Part shown: piece by piece, positions 28,803-38,494 of the stretch
How positions within the stretch are numbered: the stretch's first letter is position 1
Layout of the letters: the number at the start of each line of letters is the position of its first letter
From: a virus
Taxonomy: Duplodnaviria > Caudoviricetes
Virus record (IMG/VR): IMGVR_UViG_3300035701_000029
Location: 1-62,256 of that record
Direction: 5' to 3' (one strand)
Length of the DNA stretch: 62,256 bases
Translations under genes and position numbers: made by a program
The notes under the pieces: generated by a model
Seen by the model: only the letters and a program-made list of their open reading frames with translations
Told to the model about the DNA's origin: nothing
The model's database searches: none

Positions 28803-29636
28803 CTAGATTTTTGATAAAACAGAGTTAAAAGTCTTAAACGGATCTTCGTCAATTTCACCATTCGGCAAGGAGCCCTCTGCCTTTGATTCAGCAACGATAT
28901 CAGTTGAAGCCTTAGACTTGTTTTTTTCCTTGTCTTTCTTCTTCTTCTCTTCCTCAAGCAACATTTTCTTCTTTTCTTCTTCGGTCATCATAGCGGCGTT
29001 CTGCGTGATTACCTCAGCAAGTTGTTTCTTATAAAGAGAAAAGGCTTTGTCTGACATCTCGGCTACCGCTTCTTCGGTTTCTTTCTTAGTTTCCTCATCA
29101 GCAAACTTCAATCCAATCTCAGCAAGCGACAACATCCTTTCACGGACACGGTCGGTTGCCTCTACCTGGTCACGATATTCCTTGAAGCTCTGTTCAATCT
29201 TTTCTTTCTCAGCTTGAATGACTTCATTTTCTTTCGTGGCCTTAGTAAGAATTTCATTAGCAGAGGCAAGCTGGATCTTAAGCTCTTCAATAGCTTTGGC
29301 TCTCTTGTCCTTATCGACAAAATCAGCCATAATAAGGTCAACTTTCTTCTGCACTTCGTCACGAAATTCCTGGCTATTAATATCAATCATTTTTTTGCCT
29401 CCCGTGGATTCTTCTAAATTCAATTCCACTTCAAATTCTTCCGCAGCCTTACAAATCTTGTCTAATACATAGAGATAATCGGCTGTATCGTAAATTTTAT
29501 ACGGCATAAGACCAAAATTATCAAAAGATTGGGTCACTGCTACCGCATCGTCGATAGGAAACAGCCTATTAACATCGTCTGCAAAAGCCTCGTTAGGAAG
29601 ATCGCTATCGGTGAGATTCTGCAAATCTTCCGTCAT
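28803..29636 (-). CDS. Capsid scaffolding protein
   Basis: Coiled-coil, E/K-rich 277 aa upstream of decoration and MCP genes. N-terminal 'DLPNEAFA...RLFPIDD' head-associated motif. Confidence 0.7.
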   Translation of the reverse strand: MTEDLQNLTDSDLPNEAFADDVNRLFPIDDAVAVTQSFDNFGLMPYKIYDTADYLYVLDKICKAAEEFEVELNLEESTGGKKMIDINSQEFRDEVQKKVDLIMADFVDKDKRAKAIEELKIQLASANEILTKATKENEVIQAEKEKIEQSFKEYRDQVEATDRVRERMLSLAEIGLKFADEETKKETEEAVAEMSDKAFSLYKKQLAEVITQNAAMMTEEEKKKMLLEEEKKKKDKEKNKSKASTDIVAESKAEGSLPNGEIDEDPFKTFNSVLSKI

Positions 29637-29637
29637 T

Positions 29638-30744
29638 TCAATTTTCTTCAGCAGAGGTGTTCCCCCCTCTCATTTGTAAAAATTTAACCCAATCCGATAT
29701 AGATGGGTCTAACTTAAAGTGACCAATGGCTTTAGCTAACATGCCAAAGTTATGCTGGCGAGAAGCTATGGCCAAACCAACTGACTTTACATCCGCTGGA
29801 TTTCTAACTACTCCTGCTCCTACAAAATTTAAACCAAGCAGCCAGCGAGTTGTTCCAGCGTTTACTTGCATCCTGTTGTTTAGATGATCGCAATAGTCTA
29901 GAGACGAGGAAAAGGTCTCTTCACATACCGAGCATTTAGCTGACTGAAAATAAGTCTCCATAGAAAAGAACAAGCCACTATCTGCATATCTCTCCGAAAC
30001 AACCCTAGCTCTCTCTGGATGTTTGTGTTTCCAAACAGCAGCTTTTGCTATAATGGTCGCTTCGTTGTCTTTTTCCACGTATTCGGTATCATAGATAACG
30101 CCAATATTTTCAGTAGTGTGCTCCCAGTTTAGAGGTTTCTTTCTTGCTGTCTCATGACCCTGTTTCATCTCTTCATTAACAAACCCATCATGGTTCTTGT
30201 TTGCCCCTGTATGGCAAAGTTCAAATTTAACGTGCATCAAGTCTTTATTTTGGTCTCCGGCTTTTGCTTGATCTGAATCGGTAGGGTCGAAAACAGTCCC
30301 TTTAACGAGAATATCTACATAGTTTTCCATAGTGCCCTTCCCACCGTTTCTCTTGGCGTGCATTTTCCTATGGCAACTCCTACACATATACCTTAGATTA
30401 GACCTGTTATTGTTTTTTCTATTTCCATCTTTATGGTCTATATCTAGCTGCCCGCTCTTAGTTCCACACTTAGCGCATTTCTTCTCTAGAGGTTTGAACT
30501 TCTTATCACCTTTGTTATGCTTCCTGTCTGGAGCAAAACGATTGTGGTAAGTATCATCTCCCTTAGATTTTTGCTTATCTTGATATTTGAACCAATTGAC
30601 TTGTTTTTCTCTTTTCTTGGCTTCTTCTTCACTATCGAAAGTACCTAGATGCTTACCCGTATGGCTATAGAGCCCCCACTTGCTGCCCTCTTTTTTTATA
30701 ATAGCCTCAACGAGTTGCTCCGCCAATTTAGACATCTCCCTCAC
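29638..30744 (-). CDS. Prohead protease fused to an HNH endonuclease domain
   Basis: HNH: CAKCG...DIDHKDGNRKNNNRSNLRYMCRSCH. Protease-like: NKNHDGF, KPLNWEH, IGVI, FSMETYF, CSVC, FVGAGVVRNPAD. Confidence 0.75.
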   Translation of the reverse strand: MREMSKLAEQLVEAIIKKEGSKWGLYSHTGKHLGTFDSEEEAKKREKQVNWFKYQDKQKSKGDDTYHNRFAPDRKHNKGDKKFKPLEKKCAKCGTKSGQLDIDHKDGNRKNNNRSNLRYMCRSCHRKMHAKRNGGKGTMENYVDILVKGTVFDPTDSDQAKAGDQNKDLMHVKFELCHTGANKNHDGFVNEEMKQGHETARKKPLNWEHTTENIGVIYDTEYVEKDNEATIIAKAAVWKHKHPERARVVSERYADSGLFFSMETYFQSAKCSVCEETFSSSLDYCDHLNNRMQVNAGTTRWLLGLNFVGAGVVRNPADVKSVGLAIASRQHNFGMLAKAIGHFKLDPSISDWVKFLQMRGGNTSAEEN

Positions 30745-31171
30745 CTTTACCTATAACCCAAATAGAATAGGTGGCTCTTGCAGTTGCACCAGCAACGCCT
30801 TGAGCAAGCCAATGATTAATCTTAACATTTCCGTAACCATATTGGCTAATATTAAAAGGATAGTAGTTAGTTGCATACCCGCTTAAAGTGCAGAGCGGCA
30901 ACGTACTAGCAGTAATAGGCTTAGAAAGAGCCCATCTCCCTTTGGTGTCTTTTATAAGTTTGTCTGGGTTATCGCCAGAAGTTTGTATGCTAAAACCAAT
31001 TTTTGGCATTCTAGAATTATAGTGCGGATGGGAAGAAGCCACATAGGCAACCAAATAGCATTCTTTATAATTTCCTAAAGAAAAATGGGCTCCAACTGTA
31101 GCTAAACCGTTAGCTCCGGCTACGGTACCCCTCATTGCATATTCGGCTACTGGAAATTTATTTCTATACAT
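30728..31171 (-). CDS. Hypothetical (possible virion) protein
   Basis: 147 aa ORF with SD in the head module. Confidence 0.55.
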   Translation of the reverse strand: MYRNKFPVAEYAMRGTVAGANGLATVGAHFSLGNYKECYLVAYVASSHPHYNSRMPKIGFSIQTSGDNPDKLIKDTKGRWALSKPITASTLPLCTLSGYATNYYPFNISQYGYGNVKINHWLAQGVAGATARATYSIWVIGKGEGDV

Positions 31172-31209
31172 TGTCCACCTCTATCTCATTACATTTCTAC
31201 GGTTTCTGC

Positions 31210-31635
31210 CTAATTTGTTTTTTTTCTGAAATCCCATAGGGTGTCAACTAAAAGATTAGGCTTACTTAATGAATCTAGGGTAACTACATACTGCACACCA
31301 ACATCTAAGCTTTCTGTAATTTGAGCCCATGGAACATTTGGAACAATCACCCCAGAAGAATCAGTTTGAGGTTCTTTAGGATATCTAGACCATGTTTGTG
31401 CTTTAGTAGGATCAATCCCCATAGCTATTAAAAAACCTTCTAGTTTTCCGCTATCATTCTGTACAGAAGCAGTAAGTAAAACAATAGCCTTTTCTACAGA
31501 GCTTATCTTTCGTTCATGACTTTCAGCTAAGGCATAAGTACTATACATGAAAAAAGCACAAATAGCGGCGCTTATACCAATAGCCATCATTTCTTTATAT
31601 TTCTTAAGGGTTTCTAGCATTTGCTCTCTCCGCAA
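31210..31635 (-). CDS. Hypothetical membrane-anchored protein
   Basis: One hydrophobic segment (MMAIGISAAICAFFMYSTYALA). Confidence 0.55.
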   Translation of the reverse strand: MRREQMLETLKKYKEMMAIGISAAICAFFMYSTYALAESHERKISSVEKAIVLLTASVQNDSGKLEGFLIAMGIDPTKAQTWSRYPKEPQTDSSGVIVPNVPWAQITESLDVGVQYVVTLDSLSKPNLLVDTLWDFRKKTN

Positions 31636-31978
31636 GTATTTTTAGGACCTGATCTATCTTGGCATCTAGTTTGTCATAATTTTTGTCTGTCTTGTTAATT
31701 TGCATCTGAAGCCCAGAAATATCTCTATCGTGGTTAAATCTTATATTTTGATGCTCTTTGTTATTGTATTCTTCTATAGGCCCTATGGTAGACTGCATTG
31801 CGGCCCGTAACTCTGAATTGTTTATGTAGTGCTTGGGCTCACCCCACATATTGTCAACTAAAGAAAACCCGGCATTAATAGTTAACATAAATGCTAAAAT
31901 AACTCCAATAAAAACTTGCCACCTACTTAAATTAATGGTGACACTTTCGCCATTAGATTTTGTTCCATTAACTACCAT
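31604..31978 (-). CDS. Membrane protein with coiled coil (possible holin/lysis accessory)
   Basis: TM segment followed by 'KLDAKIDQVLKIL' coiled coil. Confidence 0.5.
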   Translation of the reverse strand: MVVNGTKSNGESVTINLSRWQVFIGVILAFMLTINAGFSLVDNMWGEPKHYINNSELRAAMQSTIGPIEEYNNKEHQNIRFNHDRDISGLQMQINKTDKNYDKLDAKIDQVLKILAERANARNP

Positions 31979-33509
31979 CTATAGTTACCTCACTAACTTC
32001 TGCTTTAGCTTTAGGGCTAGCGGGTTTCTTCTGAACCTTTTGATCCACGGCAGGTTTTGTCCCTATTTTCTTATCAGCTTTATCTTTAGGGCTTCCCTTT
32101 TTTGGCCTACCCTTTTCGCCAGGTTTTTCATTAGGGCCACCAAAAGGAAGTTGGGGCGGTACAAACAATGCGTCTTCTCCACTTCTCTGATGGCGTTTCT
32201 TTTTGTTAAGTACACTGTCATAATCATAGTTAGCTTCTTCTAAGGCAGTCTCGGCATCAATCAAGCCTCTATCATAGAACTGCATAATGAGATTTTTAAT
32301 TGCCTGATCGTTTGACAAGTTCATCCTTTCCCATTTTACCTTTGGATACAAGTCTGGATACCCATTTTCTACGGCAATTTGATGATAGACATCCTCAATC
32401 CAGTTCCCAACCATATCTCTAAATTTTTGTAGCCTCTCTGTCAATACTATAACTGAAGCCCATGGGTCTTGACCCTTTGCTAAACTGGGGTCTATTAAGA
32501 TCGCAGGAATACCTAAAGCCCTTAGGAGTTCCTGACGAGGTTCGACGTACTTCTTTTCAAATGCTAGAATTTTGCTATCAGGAGCAACTTGTATGGTCTC
32601 TACATCGTGTGCCCAAACTAATGTTGAAGTAGGAGTGTTATGCTTCAAAAGTTGAGAAAACGCAATTAGCCTACCCTGAGAAGCAGGGTGATCTTTATCG
32701 CCAATCTTATATATAGTGGTATAGTTAGCAAGACCTTCAGTTGTTGCATCATCTAGTCTGCGCAATCTCCTTATAGAAGCAACAGAAGAAAAAGCTCTAG
32801 TTAAATATGGTAGCCCCCAAGCTTCATAGTCTCTGCCTTTTCTTTTTAGGTGTGATATGAATTTAGGATTAAGCGGATAGCCATCATTTTCTCTAGTCTT
32901 TTTCATAATGCCTAGGTCTTTAAGGTCTTTGACTCCGGGATTGCTTCGTCCGTCTTGTCTAGATAATGCCTCTAGTTCATAACTGGGCCTAAGAAATAGT
33001 CTAGCATGACCAAATGATTGGTAGCTTTTAGGGATATTTACAAGCTGTGGGTTAAGACAAACAATCCTCATCGGGAGCTTCATAGAAGCAGGTGCCCCAG
33101 GAACATCTGTGTTGTACCAGCTAGTATAGGGGAACCCATTCCCCTTAACCCAAAAATCTAAGCCAAGCTTACTGACAACTTCTTGCAACCCCCTAATAGT
33201 AGAGGTTACATTTTGATTAACTTGCTTGTTAAAAAACTGTATAGCTAAGTCTATGTCTTTCTTTCCAGTTTCTTCTGCTCCAATTACCGTTACTGCAAAT
33301 TCCACAAAAATATCTATCGCGTTACCGCAAGTCCCTTCATAGCGATAAAGCTTGTCACAAAGATCCATTACTTCATAGATTTCTTTATCTGGGGTAGAGA
33401 TATAGTCACGGACACGGTTCAATAAAAAATCTTGAGCATTCTCTACAGTTGTAGGAACTCTTATCCCTTGGGCCATGTCTAATGTAGCTATGCTCTTGTT
33501 AATCTTCAT
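31968..33509 (-). CDS. Portal protein
   Basis: 513 aa immediately after TerL; 'GNGFPY', 'LNPQLV', 'WGLPYL', 'YDRGLID' portal-type motifs. Confidence 0.85.
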   Translation of the reverse strand: MKINKSIATLDMAQGIRVPTTVENAQDFLLNRVRDYISTPDKEIYEVMDLCDKLYRYEGTCGNAIDIFVEFAVTVIGAEETGKKDIDLAIQFFNKQVNQNVTSTIRGLQEVVSKLGLDFWVKGNGFPYTSWYNTDVPGAPASMKLPMRIVCLNPQLVNIPKSYQSFGHARLFLRPSYELEALSRQDGRSNPGVKDLKDLGIMKKTRENDGYPLNPKFISHLKRKGRDYEAWGLPYLTRAFSSVASIRRLRRLDDATTEGLANYTTIYKIGDKDHPASQGRLIAFSQLLKHNTPTSTLVWAHDVETIQVAPDSKILAFEKKYVEPRQELLRALGIPAILIDPSLAKGQDPWASVIVLTERLQKFRDMVGNWIEDVYHQIAVENGYPDLYPKVKWERMNLSNDQAIKNLIMQFYDRGLIDAETALEEANYDYDSVLNKKKRHQRSGEDALFVPPQLPFGGPNEKPGEKGRPKKGSPKDKADKKIGTKPAVDQKVQKKPASPKAKAEVSEVTIDGS

Positions 33510-33517
33510 AAGTCCTC

Positions 33518-35107
33518 CTAGACCCAGAACCCAACACCAATTGGGTCTTCAATTTGCTGAGGGACCGTCAATATCTCGTTAACCCCCATATTGGCAAGCG
33601 CTAAGGCAGTAGCCCTATCCTTCTTTTTTCCTTGTGGAACTGTAAACTTAAAGAAATTGCCCATTGCTTCCGCCTGCAATAACATCAATTCTTGTTTCGT
33701 AGCGATTAAATCCCACCCTGCGCGCTCCAATCTACTATCTGGATGCCTTCTTATGTCTAGGGCAAATGAAAATCTAGTATGCTGCATGTCTGCCTTAAGA
33801 CTGCTATACATATGATTTACGGTAGGTTGAGTAAAGGGTATCATTCTAAGAGTACGCAATCCGTAAGCTTCCGGGGGAATGTTTTTATCATCCATATCGA
33901 ATATGGGAAGTGCTACTTCCCCAGTTGCAGGATGGCGCCAAGCCTCTGTAAGTAAGTCTTTAAAAGTTGTTCCTCCACCAGCAGGATCCATCATGATCCG
34001 TTTAGTCCCAGGGAACCGAAATAATGTCATTCTAATTTCTGATAACATTTGCTGATAAGTAGCGCCATTCATTGCTCTAGAATAAACAAGAGCCCGATTC
34101 ATTCCACCGGTCATTTTAAGCATCGCTATAGCAAAGTTATCTCCTCCCGCAATACGAGCAGAGTCAACCCCCATTACATATGTGCCTTCGGGATCTTCAA
34201 GCGCTATTTCTATCCCACCATCCCTCTTAGAAGAACAAGTTTCTATAAGTTTAGCAGGGAAGAATCCTTTAGTTTCAATTGGGAATATAGCCAGATTTTC
34301 CATAGCAAAAGCTTCTTCTGTCATATCAGCTTTTTGCATACGAAGAACATCTTCGGCTATCCTATATGGAGAATTTGGTATGCGAAGGATATCTTGGTAA
34401 TTATAATTATGAACCGCATATTTATCTGGTTGTCTTTCCTGCATTACGTTGTAAAGCAAGAATTGGATATATAGATGATTGAAGGCATAGTAGGCCGAAG
34501 AACTAATAATCATTTTGTTTGGCCGACCTTCATTTTGAATATTCATCATTGGGCGAAGAACTAGTTGGATGATCTCTTCGTCAAGCTGAGCGTATTCATC
34601 CGGAAGAAGTACATTATATCTGCGACCACGAACTTTATTTCCGTCACCTAATGGTAGGGCTTCCACAAAAGACCCATTGTTAAACCTGATTAATTCTTTT
34701 TGATATGTTCTATGTAGCCCCTTCCCCCTCGGAGAACTCTTTCTAACTGATGCTCTTAAAAAAGGAGACTTGTCATAAAACTCCTCAATGTAGTCAAACA
34801 CATACCCAGCTTGTCTAAACACCGGAGCAATGACTCCTATTTTAGTACCTGGCCACAACATAGCATACAAGACAGCAAACAAGGCTAACATCCATGTCTT
34901 ACCAACACCGCGACCTAAAACCATCATGACGTAGTTCTTAAAGAACATGTCATTAAGCATTTCGCGCTGAAGCCAAATTAAATCAACACCAATTATTTCT
35001 TTGGCTGCTATAACAGGGAAATTTCGATAATACCAAACTAACTGTTCATTAGCAGTTAATTTGTACTGTTCGGATTTTGTTAGCCTAGTTGCTATCTGAG
35101 TCTTCAC
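33518..35107 (-). CDS. terL: Terminase large subunit
   Basis: Walker A 'GRGVGKT', Walker B 'LLPDEY', 'ISSSA' motif III, nuclease 'MGVDSA' and 'KKDRATAL'. Confidence 0.95.
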   Translation of the reverse strand: MKTQIATRLTKSEQYKLTANEQLVWYYRNFPVIAAKEIIGVDLIWLQREMLNDMFFKNYVMMVLGRGVGKTWMLALFAVLYAMLWPGTKIGVIAPVFRQAGYVFDYIEEFYDKSPFLRASVRKSSPRGKGLHRTYQKELIRFNNGSFVEALPLGDGNKVRGRRYNVLLPDEYAQLDEEIIQLVLRPMMNIQNEGRPNKMIISSSAYYAFNHLYIQFLLYNVMQERQPDKYAVHNYNYQDILRIPNSPYRIAEDVLRMQKADMTEEAFAMENLAIFPIETKGFFPAKLIETCSSKRDGGIEIALEDPEGTYVMGVDSARIAGGDNFAIAMLKMTGGMNRALVYSRAMNGATYQQMLSEIRMTLFRFPGTKRIMMDPAGGGTTFKDLLTEAWRHPATGEVALPIFDMDDKNIPPEAYGLRTLRMIPFTQPTVNHMYSSLKADMQHTRFSFALDIRRHPDSRLERAGWDLIATKQELMLLQAEAMGNFFKFTVPQGKKKDRATALALANMGVNEILTVPQQIEDPIGVGFWV

Positions 35108-36104
35108 GGGAAACTATTGTTCCTGTTATGGTTTCTTCGGTTTCGGTCGAGGTTTCTTCAGTTGTTCCTTCTTCGTCTGTTCTTTCTTCCTCTGATCCTG
35201 CTTCCAACTCGGTTCGCTCTTCTTCGAGGACTTCATCATGTATCCTTTCTGCTTCTTGCATTATTTGGTCCATCTCTTTTGTGTCTAAGACATGGCCTAT
35301 GTTTCCCTCTGCGTCCAACCCCAAGAGAGCTTCGATTTTCTCAAATGGAGGCAATGGATTTAGGGGGCCGTTTTGATTTCTGAGAAATTTCTGCTTTTGA
35401 GCTTCTTTTTCCCATTCTTTTACTTTATCTCTAGCTGTTGCAATCTTTCTATCAACATCGAGAGAAAGGCTAGCTACATCCCCAGACCTATTCTCTATTA
35501 GATCAGCCCGCTGCTCTCTCGTTATACCAAGTTTAACCTGAGTATCTTGTAATCTTTTAAGGCTCTCAGTCATGAACTTACTAAATGTGTCTGCGTTTTG
35601 AGGATTAGACAAAATCATTCCAGCAACCCTGCGCTGGGTCAACTCTTCTACTAAAAGCTGAAATAACAGAGGTACGTCCGAACTCTTATTAAATTCGAAC
35701 TCTCCTTCATACTCCGCCTTACGTTGGTTAAACCACTTTTGCTCTTCTGTGCTTAGATGGTTTTCTAGTTGAAAAAGCTCTTGGATAGTTTTCTTAATTT
35801 TTTCTTTGTGATTTATTACATTAGGGATACTGTCTGCATTTGGTCTTAAATTATTATGAGAAGCCCATTGATAGCCTGACTTCATTTTGATTCTAGTTTC
35901 TATATCTCTAGGAGCGCGTGGCCAACCAACCTGCGCTTCATCTAAAATACCCTTAACTTTCTCTGGTACTTCTGATGGAGCTAAACCGTTCTTAGCTTGA
36001 AAAAACTCGGATAGCTTTGTATACCAAGTATTATATTGTACTTGAGACAAATCAATTTTTTTTGGCTTAGAAGGTCTACGCATAGGTTCTCCACTTATCT
36101 TCAT
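35085..36104 (-). CDS. Putative terminase small subunit
   Basis: Overlaps the TerL start; helical, with 'KLGITREQR' motif and an acidic tail. Synteny-based. Confidence 0.5.
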   Translation of the reverse strand: MKISGEPMRRPSKPKKIDLSQVQYNTWYTKLSEFFQAKNGLAPSEVPEKVKGILDEAQVGWPRAPRDIETRIKMKSGYQWASHNNLRPNADSIPNVINHKEKIKKTIQELFQLENHLSTEEQKWFNQRKAEYEGEFEFNKSSDVPLLFQLLVEELTQRRVAGMILSNPQNADTFSKFMTESLKRLQDTQVKLGITREQRADLIENRSGDVASLSLDVDRKIATARDKVKEWEKEAQKQKFLRNQNGPLNPLPPFEKIEALLGLDAEGNIGHVLDTKEMDQIMQEAERIHDEVLEEERTELEAGSEEERTDEEGTTEETSTETEETITGTIVSREDSDSN

Positions 36105-36152
36105 AATTTCTACGGTATTAGGCAGATACAGAGAAGATATAACGAAAGAAAA

Positions 36153-36707
36153 TTAGGTATTATATAGGTCTGTGAAGATTTCTTTAACTTTTCTGCGGAC
36201 TGAAAGAAGAATAAGCTCTACTTCTTTTTTGGATATTTTAAGTTCTTTAGCTACTCTAGATGGCTTAAAGCCACCTTCTCCCTTAAGCATGAAATTGTAA
36301 ACTGCTCTCTCTGAATGAGTTAGAGCGAGTTCAATTCTACTTTCGAACTCTTTAAATTTCTGTTCTGTTGTGGATTTAAGCTTGTCAATTTCACAAGCTA
36401 TGTTTAGGAAGTAGGTATCGCTTGTATAGTGTTGGTTATGGTAGTAGTCTGAACCTATGATAGCTTTTTCAAAAACTTCTTGCTTCAAAACATCAAAACG
36501 TAATTTCCTAGCATGGAGTTGTAGAGTTTGATAAACCCATGTAGAAAGTTTTCCTCTAGATGGGTCATAATGACTCTTGTAGGCCATCCATAGCCGAGTC
36601 CTCAGATTTTGTTGAAAGTCTTGTAGGTCTCGCTTATCCCTACAATACTTATACGCAAATGTCTTTACATGAGGATCAAATTTTTTAATAAACTCATTAT
36701 CATCCAT
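36153..36707 (-). CDS. Phage RNA polymerase sigma factor (sigma70 family, regions 2 and 4)
   Basis: 'DFQQNLRTRLW...YDPSRGKLSTWVY' region 2; 'LTHSERAVY...VAKELKIS' region 4. Directly upstream of the packaging/structural genes. Confidence 0.85.
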   Translation of the reverse strand: MDDNEFIKKFDPHVKTFAYKYCRDKRDLQDFQQNLRTRLWMAYKSHYDPSRGKLSTWVYQTLQLHARKLRFDVLKQEVFEKAIIGSDYYHNQHYTSDTYFLNIACEIDKLKSTTEQKFKEFESRIELALTHSERAVYNFMLKGEGGFKPSRVAKELKISKKEVELILLSVRRKVKEIFTDLYNT

Positions 36708-37807
36708 TAATCATCAACTAGCCCAACAAAAAACTTTAACAAGTACCCGTCAGTTATAAACTGAGTTAGATCAGAAGTTGTAAAGCTCCAACTCACTGGT
36801 CCCTCAAATTCTTTTAGTATCCCAAGCATGTAATTACCATCAACTAAAATAGAGTATTCAAAATCAACCGGTTCTGTTAGGTCCACATACTCTTTACCAG
36901 AGTATCCAGGTCCTTCTACTAAGAGTTCCATTTCGCTGTTCTTAATATTAATTCTAACGGCATGGGTTTTATCGTCTGCAACCACTCCAATCCTATGAAG
37001 CGCTTCATACAAATGGGCCTTATTAAAAGTGAAAGATTTGTCCGCATCTTTAGACTCATCAATACAGTTTTTTAGTTCCGCCCAAGGATAAGAACAATTA
37101 GGAGTGCGATACCCAAATCTAAATTTCCCAGCGCATCCGAAATAGTATCCATTCTCTTCTTTATACTCCAAGTACCTAAGGTCGGATAGCCTCATAATAA
37201 AATCTATAAGAAACTTTGGCAAAATTCCTTCTGGCATATCAATCAGGTCTTTGCGCCTAACATGCGCCCCCAGTTGAATGTCTGAGCACGTTAAAGAATC
37301 ATAAGTATCGCTGTGCGCTACATAAACGCCCGACAACGCTTCGTGTTCTTTGTCAGCAGAAGAGTAAATGCAAGAGAGAGCTTCTTTTAGCTGCTTTAAA
37401 TCAACCTTATGAACCTTGCTATCAATTTCTTTAATTTCTGTAAGTGGTTCGAACTCTTGTAGGGGATAATCTGGAATCTTATATTCAGAGCGCCCCGAAG
37501 ATACCACTAAAACATTATGAGTTCCAGACTTTGCCTGGACGCTACCAATCTGGATATTACCTGCAAACTTACTGACCAAACCTATAAGAGAAAACACATC
37601 CACACAAATCTTACCGGTTTCTTTAATATCTGTAGTAACTGTAGCCGACATCATTGCATATTCATTGACTGTCTTTAGCAACATCCCATCTTCTGAAACA
37701 TTGACAAGAACCTGCCTTCTGAGCAATTCGGTATTTTTAGGATTAATGATCGAACTAACTATCTGAAGACAACCAGTAAGTTCCTTCGCATCTACATTAA
37801 CTAGCAT
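36707..37807 (-). CDS. dnaN: DNA polymerase III beta-like sliding clamp
   Basis: ~366 aa from MLVNVDAKEL; 'ALSGVYV', 'LYEALHRI', 'VDGNYMLGIL' clamp-like three-domain pattern. Confidence 0.8.
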   Translation of the reverse strand: MLVNVDAKELTGCLQIVSSIINPKNTELLRRQVLVNVSEDGMLLKTVNEYAMMSATVTTDIKETGKICVDVFSLIGLVSKFAGNIQIGSVQAKSGTHNVLVVSSGRSEYKIPDYPLQEFEPLTEIKEIDSKVHKVDLKQLKEALSCIYSSADKEHEALSGVYVAHSDTYDSLTCSDIQLGAHVRRKDLIDMPEGILPKFLIDFIMRLSDLRYLEYKEENGYYFGCAGKFRFGYRTPNCSYPWAELKNCIDESKDADKSFTFNKAHLYEALHRIGVVADDKTHAVRINIKNSEMELLVEGPGYSGKEYVDLTEPVDFEYSILVDGNYMLGILKEFEGPVSWSFTTSDLTQFITDGYLLKFFVGLVDD

Positions 37808-38151
37808 TTCTTCCCTCTCTTTGTTAACTCCCCTATAACTTCTTTCCATCTAAACCACTCTGGTACGGGGTGCGACTCATACTTATTAATCAGCCATTCC
37901 GTCAAATCGAAAGTACCATCATGCAAATTCCTATGATGAGAGAAACATAAGGTAATCAAATTATGGAGGCTATCGTCTCCGCCTAGGCTTTTGTTGATAA
38001 TATGATGAGTGCCTATTTCTTGCGTACTTCCACATATACGGCACATGTATTGATCTAGTTCTTTACTTTTGGTAATATTTTTTGGAGACTTGACCTTCTT
38101 CTTCTTGAAGAAACTTTTTCTGCTGGAATGTGCTTTCCAAAACAATAGCAT
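37801..38151 (-). CDS. HNH endonuclease
   Basis: CRICG...HHIINKSLGGDDSLHNLITLCFSHH. Confidence 0.85.
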   Translation of the reverse strand: MLLFWKAHSSRKSFFKKKKVKSPKNITKSKELDQYMCRICGSTQEIGTHHIINKSLGGDDSLHNLITLCFSHHRNLHDGTFDLTEWLINKYESHPVPEWFRWKEVIGELTKRGKKC

Positions 38152-38494
38152 CCCCCTCCTTCTTAGAGGTCTTTTCTAGCATAAGCCCATAAATAAGAGA
38201 TGAATAATTAGATATGTCTAAGCAGGTGTCTCGAATACTTTCGTCTTTGACTTGGGCTTCATACCCTGGCTGGATAAGAGTGCTTAAGCGTGAAATCTTG
38301 TCTAGCAGTCTAATAAAAGCCCCTACTTCAGCCGAAACTCTAAGTTTGTCGTATGTCTCACAGGTCTTAAAGTTAGCAAACGCATCGGCGTCTTCATTTC
38401 CACCTGTAGCATAGTCTGAATTCTTTTTTTGGGAAAGATCGTGCGCATCGTCGTAGAATTTCTTTTGGAGTTCTCTAAATTGTGATCTGGTCAT
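38063..38494 (-). CDS. DUF1599-like nucleotide-modification-associated protein
   Basis: 'KKNSDYA...AFANF...IRLLDKISRL...DESIRDTCLDISNYS' motif. Confidence 0.75.
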   Translation of the reverse strand: MTRSQFRELQKKFYDDAHDLSQKKNSDYATGGNEDADAFANFKTCETYDKLRVSAEVGAFIRLLDKISRLSTLIQPGYEAQVKDESIRDTCLDISNYSSLIYGLMLEKTSKKEGDAIVLESTFQQKKFLQEEEGQVSKKYYQK

